DNA of 64,000 nucleotides. Source: Poseidonia sp. (GTDB lineage Archaea; Thermoplasmatota; Poseidoniia; Poseidoniales; Poseidoniaceae). The stretch spans positions 22,312 through 86,311 of the forward strand of contig JAUREO010000001.1 of NCBI GenBank assembly GCA_030827365.1. Direction: 5' to 3'. The notes below the pieces were generated by a model. The model made no database searches. It was not told where the DNA came from and saw only the letters and a list, made by a program, of their open reading frames with translations. The position numbers were made by a program, and so were the translations under genes. How positions within the stretch are numbered: position 1 is the first letter of the stretch; every line of letters begins with the position of its first letter. Shown here one piece after another: positions 25,753 through 33,461 of this stretch.

Positions 25753-27429
25753 ATGGTTCGTGAACTCATCCGCATCGAGGGTGTCGACAGAAGTTTTGGG
25801 CCAGTCGATGTACTCAAGGACATCACCTTCAATGTCAACGATGGCGACCGAATCGGTATTGTGGGCCACAACGGTGCTGGAAAAACCACATTGCTCAACA
25901 CCATTAGCGAACAAGCACAAGATGTTGGTGATGTTGAACTTGCCCCTGGTATTCGCCTTGCTTACCTCACACAAATTCGTGATTTAGAATCAACAAAAAC
26001 CATCGAGGAAGAATTGAGTCGAAAAGGTCGCCAATTCCAAGAACTCGAGGAAGAAATCGCCTCCATCGAAGCACAAATGGTCGACCCTGCATTTTACGAG
26101 GGGAATTGGGAGCCTGTGATGGAACGTTATACTGAATTGCAACAAACACTTGCATCGAGCGGTGGAGGAAACGTCGCTGGTATCGCTAAAGGCATTCTTG
26201 AACGCCTTGGACTTGACAAGCATCCTATGGAAATGCCTGTCGCACAACTCTCTGGCGGTGAAAAGGCAAAACTTGCTCTTGCTCGCCAACTTGTGGGACT
26301 TGCTGGCATTGACGTGATCTTTCTCGACGAACCTACAAATCACCTTGATATTCGAACAACCGAATGGCTTGAAGCCTTTCTTCGAGACTTCAAAGGTGCC
26401 CAACTCATCGTTTCCCACGACCGTTATTTCCTTGACCAAGTGTGCACGAGAATCATTGAAATTGACAATTTAAGGGCTTGGCCATGGAAGGGCAACTACT
26501 CCCAATTCATAGCACAAAAGGCAGCCAGTGAGTCCTCGCTCAATGACCAAATCAAGACCACAGAAAAGAAGATTCAAGCGACACTCGGGGCTCTCCAACA
26601 AATGAAGAGGGCAAATAAATACGACAAATCGATATCTGCAAAACATAAAATGGTCGAGCGACTTCAATTAGAACTCAAGGCACTCAAATCAAGAATTCCT
26701 AAGAAACGCAAACCCCTCATTATCAAACTCGAAGCCATCGAGAAAGGAAGCATGGATGTGCTCAACATTGAGGGCGGAACCAAAACCTTTGATGGCCTAA
26801 AACGTCCAATCCTCAACAATCAACATCTCGAAGTCCGAAAAGGTGACAGAATTGGCATTGTGGGCGGAAACGGCCAAGGTAAAACCACATTGCTCAAACT
26901 CATCAACGGTGAAGAAAAACTCACTTCCGGAAAACTCAACCTTGCACCAGGAGCCGTCATTGGTTATTTTCATCAAGACCACGGAACACTTGACTTCTCC
27001 CTCAACCCCATCGAACAAATTCAAAAGTTAAGGCCGGACTTTCAGTATGGCGATATTCGTGCTGCCCTCGGCCGATTTCAGTTCAAAAATGATCAAGTTG
27101 AAACAAAACTTTCCCAATTGTCTGGGGGCGAACGTGCCCGAGTTGCCCTGCTCAAATTGCTCCTTGAGGAGAATAACTTACTGCTCATGGACGAGCCTAC
27201 AAACCATTTGGACATGGAATCCAAAGAAACACTCGAAGAAGCCCTCATCAATTACGAAGGATCACTCGTCACGGTCTCTCACGACAGATGGTTCCTCGAC
27301 CAAGTCGTCAATCGCATTTGGGAACTTGAAAACGGTGTCATTACCGTGTACTACGGCAATTATACGGATTATATTCGAGCCAAAAAAGGCCTACCGCCTC
27401 TTGGTGAGGATGAAATTTCAGAAGTTTAA
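25753..27429 (+). CDS. ABC-F family ATPase (two NBDs, no TM domain; EttA/Uup/YheS-like)
   Basis: Walker A appears twice (GHNGAGKTT, GGNGQGKTT) and the signature twice (LSGGEKAKLALA, LSGGERARVALL). A charged inter-domain linker of about 80 aa joins them. There are no hydrophobic segments. Confidence 0.85.
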   Translation: MVRELIRIEGVDRSFGPVDVLKDITFNVNDGDRIGIVGHNGAGKTTLLNTISEQAQDVGDVELAPGIRLAYLTQIRDLESTKTIEEELSRKGRQFQELEEEIASIEAQMVDPAFYEGNWEPVMERYTELQQTLASSGGGNVAGIAKGILERLGLDKHPMEMPVAQLSGGEKAKLALARQLVGLAGIDVIFLDEPTNHLDIRTTEWLEAFLRDFKGAQLIVSHDRYFLDQVCTRIIEIDNLRAWPWKGNYSQFIAQKAASESSLNDQIKTTEKKIQATLGALQQMKRANKYDKSISAKHKMVERLQLELKALKSRIPKKRKPLIIKLEAIEKGSMDVLNIEGGTKTFDGLKRPILNNQHLEVRKGDRIGIVGGNGQGKTTLLKLINGEEKLTSGKLNLAPGAVIGYFHQDHGTLDFSLNPIEQIQKLRPDFQYGDIRAALGRFQFKNDQVETKLSQLSGGERARVALLKLLLEENNLLLMDEPTNHLDMESKETLEEALINYEGSLVTVSHDRWFLDQVVNRIWELENGVITVYYGNYTDYIRAKKGLPPLGEDEISEV

Positions 27430-28001
27430 GCCCATTCTTTGAGGAGTTCAAATTTTGTAGCATTCGTTGGTGTACTCTTCGTTTTCCATAACTCCATTCG
27501 AGGGTTAGGGGCCGGAGTTTGCAACTGTCCATCGGTGGAAGTCTCATCCCATGTTGTTTTTTCATCCGCAACTGGCCAGTGGAGTACGATGCCATACTCG
27601 ATACCTGAAAGCATGGATGCACTGTGGATTGGAGCGTTGTGAAGATATCCGAACAATTGCAATCTTGCTTTGTCTTTGGCGGCTTTAGTTGGATTGGAAT
27701 GCTTAACTTCGATGATAATATCCTTTGTGAATTTATTTTTACCACCTGGTTGTAAAACAAAATCTGCACGTAAATCTTTGAGTGGAAACGATTTGTACAG
27801 AACTTCGATTGTGACTTCTGAATGATATTTTAGTTTGGCTCGATTGAGCTCGTAGGCAAAGCATTGTTGGTAAATTTTTTCGATGGAACTTTCTGCTGCA
27901 AAATAAAAGCACGTTTTATTGACATCGCATGCCATCTTGAAAATCAAATCACAAATCGCTTCCAAGTCCGTATCCATCGTATCTCTCCCAATCTTGCTCA
28001 T
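27426..28001 (-). CDS. GxxExxY-family protein (PD-(D/E)XK nuclease-like fold) with C-terminal extension
   Basis: Matches ESSIEKIYQQCFAYEL, LRADFVL, IIIEVK, RLQLFGYL and GIVLHW, in the order typical of GxxExxY proteins. Its ATG overlaps the stop of the upstream acyl-CoA synthetase (ATGA). Confidence 0.6.
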   Translation of the reverse strand: MSKIGRDTMDTDLEAICDLIFKMACDVNKTCFYFAAESSIEKIYQQCFAYELNRAKLKYHSEVTIEVLYKSFPLKDLRADFVLQPGGKNKFTKDIIIEVKHSNPTKAAKDKARLQLFGYLHNAPIHSASMLSGIEYGIVLHWPVADEKTTWDETSTDGQLQTPAPNPRMELWKTKSTPTNATKFELLKEWA

Positions 28002-29908
28002 TGAATTGTTTGAATTTCTTCGTCAAATTTGGACAAGAGATTTCGTAGTTTGACCTTCATGGATGGTGTCATCATGTCGTTGTCCGTTGTCCATTCTTCG
28101 TGGTCAAGAATAATGGTTTTTGCAACTTCATATCCTTTCCAATCTGGAGCCTTCATGTTGTTGGTTTGCAATTCACCAAGCAACCAATTTCGTACTTCAG
28201 GTTGCTTGCACATGGCCTCGTCCGATGCATCGACCGAAACACCTGCAGACGAAGCGGCACTTCGCAGAGCCTCAAGGTTCGGATGGACAATGAGGAAGGT
28301 GTTCTTCATGTTTCGACCATCGAGCACTGCTTGCTCAACAAGGGGCGAAAGTTTGAGGTTCTCTTCGAGTGATGAGGGTGAAACATACTTGCCGTTTTCT
28401 AACTTGAATTGAGACTTTACACGGCCCGTGATGGAGAGGTAACCGTCCTTGGTCAACTTTCCAAGGTCACCGGTTCTAAAGGTGCCTGGTTCAACGATGA
28501 CCTCTTTGGTTGCTTCTTCGTTGTTCCAGTAACCCATCATGACGTTTGGTCCAGTGACGACGATTTCGCCTTCATCTGGTCGGTCTGGGTCATCCCAAGC
28601 CGAGGTGTCAATGGTCACTTTCACACCATTTGCGACTCTACCAACGGTGTTGAGTTTACTTGTACCAGGGCCCATCCAACCATTTGCTGAAACGAGAGGA
28701 GATGTTTCTGTGAGCCCGTAGCCTTCGTAGCAGTTGAATCCAACCATTTGGATAAAGGAAGCAACATCTGGAGAGAGAGCTGCTGCTCCAGACATACAGA
28801 ATCGGATGTTTCCACCGAAACGAGCACGGACTTTCTTCCACACGAGTTTGTCCCACAACTTGTCACCGAATCCCTTTGGTGGAACGGCGTCACATTCGAC
28901 ACCAGCATTAGCAATTCGCTTTGCAGCGGATTTCTTTGCGTTGTTGATGAACTTCTTCTTGAGGCCGGTTGCTGCTTCAAACTGACTGTTGACTCTGTCG
29001 TAGAATTTGTTCCAAACTCTTGGGACGGCAAGTAACACAGCGGGTTTAATCTCTTGGCATTCATCTGCGATCTTTGTCAAATCTGAGATAAGGTTGATAT
29101 GAACACCACAACGAATCATCCAATGCAGATCAAATGTTGAACCAAATGAGTGAGCCCAGGGTAAGAAGGCTGCGTTTTTGTCACCGATGTAAATTTTGAA
29201 GGCGGATTGAACACAAAGAATGTTTGAAAGTGTGTTCCAATTTGACAACATCACACCCTTCGGATGACCTGTGGTACCGGAGGTGTAAATCAAGGTGTTG
29301 AGTGCAAATGGGTCATCAGCGATTTCGAACATGTCAGCATCACGGCCAGCGTTGACGAAATCTTTCCATGCATGGACTGAAATGGCTTCGGGAGGAATTT
29401 CGTTTGCTTCTTCATCACCAAGAAGAATGATACCACACCTTGGCCAACCGGATGCCTCTTTGGGCATGTGTGCAACAAGTTTGTCGAGTACTGAGGTGTT
29501 CTGAACCGCAAGAATAGCGGGCGTCGAATCACCAAGAATGTAAGCCCATTCTTCGCCGTGTTGGTGCGTATACATCGCAGTATAAGCAGCACCAATGCCG
29601 TTTGCTCCGTAGGAGAGGGCAGCCCACTCGACCGAGTTATCGAGGATGATGGCAACTCTGTCGCCGGCTTGAACACCAACGGCTGCTAACTGCTTGCCAA
29701 CGGCGGTGGCCAGATCGCCAAATTCATTGTAGGAGAGATGTATTCTTGGCATACCCGGACTGGGGATGTATCCAAAACAGTGGTCGTCGCCAAACATACT
29801 GACGCTCGTTGCCAACATTTGGTACAAAGTTCGTGGGTCGTCACCTTCCGGTTTCTCCCATTGACGGTCATCCGGTTGTCTTTTCCATGCCATTTTCAGT
29901 TCTGTCAT
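27998..29908 (-). CDS. Long-chain fatty acid-CoA ligase (AMP-forming)
   Basis: The AMP-binding motif is LIYTSGTTGHPKGVMLSN. GYGLTETS and TGDLGKLTKDGYLSITGRVK also match. The start is ambiguous: GTG at 29944 overlapping the SMUG stop, or ATG at 29908 or 29893. Confidence 0.85.
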   Translation of the reverse strand: MTELKMAWKRQPDDRQWEKPEGDDPRTLYQMLATSVSMFGDDHCFGYIPSPGMPRIHLSYNEFGDLATAVGKQLAAVGVQAGDRVAIILDNSVEWAALSYGANGIGAAYTAMYTHQHGEEWAYILGDSTPAILAVQNTSVLDKLVAHMPKEASGWPRCGIILLGDEEANEIPPEAISVHAWKDFVNAGRDADMFEIADDPFALNTLIYTSGTTGHPKGVMLSNWNTLSNILCVQSAFKIYIGDKNAAFLPWAHSFGSTFDLHWMIRCGVHINLISDLTKIADECQEIKPAVLLAVPRVWNKFYDRVNSQFEAATGLKKKFINNAKKSAAKRIANAGVECDAVPPKGFGDKLWDKLVWKKVRARFGGNIRFCMSGAAALSPDVASFIQMVGFNCYEGYGLTETSPLVSANGWMGPGTSKLNTVGRVANGVKVTIDTSAWDDPDRPDEGEIVVTGPNVMMGYWNNEEATKEVIVEPGTFRTGDLGKLTKDGYLSITGRVKSQFKLENGKYVSPSSLEENLKLSPLVEQAVLDGRNMKNTFLIVHPNLEALRSAASSAGVSVDASDEAMCKQPEVRNWLLGELQTNNMKAPDWKGYEVAKTIILDHEEWTTDNDMMTPSMKVKLRNLLSKFDEEIQTIQ

Positions 29909-29940
29909 GAACACCTGATGTAGTCGGCAACATTTGAATT

Positions 29941-30717
29941 TCACCCCGAGTTTTTATGAAGGGTTTCGAGAACATTTCTTTTCCAGTCCTCGCCGTTGTT
30001 TTGATTTGCAAGCGGACTTGCTGGGCTAGGGTGCCAAACAGATTGAATCAAAATAGAGGTGCCATCGTCTTTTTTACCCGTCCCTTTTTTTGCTTTGAAG
30101 ACCAACGATGCTCTTCGTTCAGCATATTTTCCTACCCCGATGATTCTTTCGATGCCCAAAATCTCGACGAGGTTCTTGAGGTAAAGGTCACAAGTCTGCA
30201 TGAGAGTTTCGAGCAATGATTTGGGTAACTGGTCCGGCGTTATGTTTTGGCCACGTTCACCAAGAAGCAAAAGTGGACAGTGATTGACGACAAAGACATG
30301 TGAGAAACATGCTTCTGGTGAGCCGTACGTCTCTTTCATAAGATTCCATATTCTTGTTCCTGAGGCCTCTTGACGTTTCAAACTTAATCCTTCGATTTGG
30401 CGTTTTGGATGAGCGTTTTTTGGCGTTTGGAGTTGGACCGGTTTGATGTCGAGAAACTCCCGAACGCACTGCGTCGCACCAAATGGAACGCCCGTCTGTG
30501 CCATGCCAAACGGGCCGGGGTTCATGCCGAGCAAGATGGTCTTCGCTCCAAGACCAGCCCATTTCGTGAGATATTGTTCATGAAGTGGCCAAGCATAATC
30601 CAAAGGATTGGTTGCATGGGCGACAAGTGCATGCTGTTCAAGTGTACTCTGAAGCGCAGAGCATTCATCTCGAAAACGCTTCGTTCGTTCGACCAGAAGG
30701 TCTTGAACACTGCCCAT
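29941..30717 (-). CDS. SMUG1-type (family 3) uracil-DNA glycosylase
   Basis: The motif GMNPGPFGMAQTGVPFG is nearly identical to the SMUG1 active-site motif. The second motif is HPSPASPLAN. Confidence 0.8.
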   Translation of the reverse strand: MGSVQDLLVERTKRFRDECSALQSTLEQHALVAHATNPLDYAWPLHEQYLTKWAGLGAKTILLGMNPGPFGMAQTGVPFGATQCVREFLDIKPVQLQTPKNAHPKRQIEGLSLKRQEASGTRIWNLMKETYGSPEACFSHVFVVNHCPLLLLGERGQNITPDQLPKSLLETLMQTCDLYLKNLVEILGIERIIGVGKYAERRASLVFKAKKGTGKKDDGTSILIQSVWHPSPASPLANQNNGEDWKRNVLETLHKNSG

Positions 30718-30751
30718 GCCAACGCCTAAGGGTTTACCTTGATGTGTTTAT

Positions 30752-33406
30752 TCACTCGAATTTTCGGCGAGATGAGATGACCACACATGCACCAATAATT
30801 GATGCAAGTGTAGCGAACATACCGATTGAAGGAAGGCCAGAAATGGATTCCTCCTCTTCATCATCACCAGATTCTTCAACTTCATCGACATCACATGCAG
30901 TTCCGATACCATCATCGTCTGCATCGAGTTGATCGGCGTTTGCTACATTTGGACAGTTGTCCAAAACATCAGCAATTCCATCATTATCCGAATCTGTTTC
31001 CTCTTCCTCTTGAGTCACACAAAGGCCACTATTACATGAAGCGCCATAGGGGCAAGCATTGCCGCAAGCGCCACAATTTGTAATGTCTGTTGAAATGTCG
31101 ACACAATTGCCATTGCAATCGATTTGATCATAGGGACACAACAAAATTTCACATCCCTCTTGGTCAACAACTTCACCTGAGGCCGTTTCCGGGCATGAAT
31201 CGACAATATCATCCACACCATCCCCATCATCATCGGCATCGATTACATCGCACTCTCCATCGCCATCGAAATCAGTTGGCACATCGTTCGCATCTGTAGC
31301 ATTGGAACCGCAATCCCATTCTTCCCAATCGGAGTACGAATCATTGTCATCATCACTGTCGATAACATCGCATGTACCATCCATGTCGAAGTCAGTTGGT
31401 ACGCTGTTGTTATCCGAGGCATTGGTGTAACAGTAGTACTCATCTTGATCCGTCCATCCATCGCCATCGGTATCGGTATTCGTGTCGATGACCCCAAAGT
31501 TGACGCTTCGCGAGCCGACATAATACCAAGAATTATTGGATTCTAAGATAATCCAAGTTTCAATGTAGAAGTTGTAACTGCCTTCTTGCAGAGGACCAGA
31601 GGCTAATTGACTGAAATTGAAATACAATTCATCCCAATCGTTTTGAGCGGTATAACTTGAATTTCCATAGTCTATGATGGTTCCATTAGTTTCTGAGCTG
31701 TAGATTGAGATCCACCATTCATTAACGATGGTTGCATTCAACACATTGCAGTAATTTGCAATGTAAGCATACACTTCATCACCGACATAATACACATCAC
31801 CGTTGTACAATCCGCTAAGGGACAAGTATGCGTAGCTTGCATCATAACCACAACCCATGCCACTATTGTTTTGAGCGACCACAGAGAAGTTTGCGTACTC
31901 TTCGCCGAGGTTGTACGTCGTTCCTTGCCACACCATCGTAGCACTTGTTGAGAACGAGTAGTTCCCGACACCAAGATTGGTGAAATTGAGGGGGTGGTAA
32001 TCAGAAGTGTTGTATGCGGTCCAATTCCAAGAACCATAATCAATGTTTGTTGAGCCAGAGTTCAATTCCCAATTGATGATCATTTGGGCTCCGAGCACAT
32101 TACAATAGGTTGACATGTATGGGTATGGCATGTAAGTTCCAAGGATGTACTCGTCACCTTCGTAAAGTCCACTCATGTAGAACATAGTATAACTTGCATC
32201 GTATCCGCAACCCGAAGGTGCTGTGACATTGAAATGATACGTGTAGGAGTCGAGCAAAACTTGCTGAGTGCTGCTATCAATGTAGGACATTGAGGTCGAT
32301 ACGGTATAATTTCCGATACTCAAGTTACTCATGTAGAAGTAGTGATAATCGTACAGGTTGTACGCAGTCCAACTCCATGATCCATTGTCAAGCTCCAATA
32401 ACTCTGAATTATTGTTGATCCACTGATAGATTGTGTAATTGACAATCATGGTTTGATTGAGCATGTTACAGTAGGTGTACACGGTAGCATTGAGCGAATC
32501 ACCTTCGAAGAGGGGATAGTAATTGTTCCATGCTGAGATGTACGCATAACTCTCTTCATAACCGCAACCTGAGTTGTTACTTGAAGAAGATGAAACAGTG
32601 AATGAGTCATAATCGTAGTCGAGATATGTCCATCCTTGATTTGTGGTGTTCCAGGTGTACAAAGTAGCATACAGTGTGTACGAACCTGCGCTGATGTTGG
32701 TGTAGTTGATGTCGTAGTAATATGTTGAGTATGATGCATTCCATTGGAAAGACCCTGTGGTGAGATTCATGCTGTTGTTGTTGTCCATAATGTACCAGTC
32801 AACTCGCATGGTGTTTCCAAGAAGGGCACAATATGTGTCGATGTATGCCTCATAGGTGTCGCCAGCAGTGTATGATGTGTAGTAACTGTTGGGGTCGAGA
32901 TAGGCATAACTCGAATTATAACCACATCCTGAACTGCTGCTGTTTGATACGGTAAAGTTGTATGAATAGCCATCCAGCCAAGTGAACGTTTGCGAGTTAT
33001 CGTAGTAATACAATCCAAGATTCACAGTATATGTGCCGTAAACTAGATTTTGGAGGTAATGATAATGTGTTTGCGTTATTGAATACGCCGTCCAATTCCA
33101 AGCGCCTGATTGAACGTAGGTACCGTTAGGTGCAGTCACGTTGTATATGACATACATGGTCTGATTGAGCATATTACAATTTGAGTAGACCGATCCGTTG
33201 AATGAGTCCCCGACGTAGTACGGCCCGTTGTTGTACCAACCCGAAATATAAGCGTAGGATTCGTTGTATCCACATCCTGTTGAATTATTTCCTGAATTTG
33301 CTTCTGTTGTCGATTCTTCCAACATGATTGTTGTTGAATTCATCATACTGGGAGCCATTGAACCCAAAACAAAAACAAGAGTTATCACTAGTGTACGGCC
33401 GTTCAT
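30752..33406 (-). CDS. Secreted, C-terminally anchored Tyr/Asn-rich surface (glyco)protein: 5 x ~118-aa novel repeats + TSP3-like repeats + Cys-rich module
   Basis: The signal-like N-terminus is MNGRTLVITLVFVLGSMAPS. Five GCGY...YCN.L...W(N/S)WTAY repeats are dense in NxS/T sequons. They are followed by DTDGDGWTDQDE and DSDNDGIADVLDNCPNVANADQLDADDDGIGTACD, then CNGNC...CGACGNAC. The C-terminal TM is followed by RRKFE. Confidence 0.85.
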   Translation of the reverse strand: MNGRTLVITLVFVLGSMAPSMMNSTTIMLEESTTEANSGNNSTGCGYNESYAYISGWYNNGPYYVGDSFNGSVYSNCNMLNQTMYVIYNVTAPNGTYVQSGAWNWTAYSITQTHYHYLQNLVYGTYTVNLGLYYYDNSQTFTWLDGYSYNFTVSNSSSSGCGYNSSYAYLDPNSYYTSYTAGDTYEAYIDTYCALLGNTMRVDWYIMDNNNSMNLTTGSFQWNASYSTYYYDINYTNISAGSYTLYATLYTWNTTNQGWTYLDYDYDSFTVSSSSSNNSGCGYEESYAYISAWNNYYPLFEGDSLNATVYTYCNMLNQTMIVNYTIYQWINNNSELLELDNGSWSWTAYNLYDYHYFYMSNLSIGNYTVSTSMSYIDSSTQQVLLDSYTYHFNVTAPSGCGYDASYTMFYMSGLYEGDEYILGTYMPYPYMSTYCNVLGAQMIINWELNSGSTNIDYGSWNWTAYNTSDYHPLNFTNLGVGNYSFSTSATMVWQGTTYNLGEEYANFSVVAQNNSGMGCGYDASYAYLSLSGLYNGDVYYVGDEVYAYIANYCNVLNATIVNEWWISIYSSETNGTIIDYGNSSYTAQNDWDELYFNFSQLASGPLQEGSYNFYIETWIILESNNSWYYVGSRSVNFGVIDTNTDTDGDGWTDQDEYYCYTNASDNNSVPTDFDMDGTCDVIDSDDDNDSYSDWEEWDCGSNATDANDVPTDFDGDGECDVIDADDDGDGVDDIVDSCPETASGEVVDQEGCEILLCPYDQIDCNGNCVDISTDITNCGACGNACPYGASCNSGLCVTQEEEETDSDNDGIADVLDNCPNVANADQLDADDDGIGTACDVDEVEESGDDEEEESISGLPSIGMFATLASIIGACVVISSRRKFE
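31485..33277 (-). repeat. Five tandem in-frame ~118-aa coding repeats (GCGY repeat)
   Basis: Each unit begins GCGY(N/E/D)xSY and contains a second Cys in YCN(M/V)L(N/G). It ends with an aromatic-rich segment and F(T/N/S)V. Confidence 0.8.
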
Positions 33407-33461
33407 AATTCTATTGAGTGCAAAATAGGATATAAAATAATCTCAAATTGTGTCAATTTCT

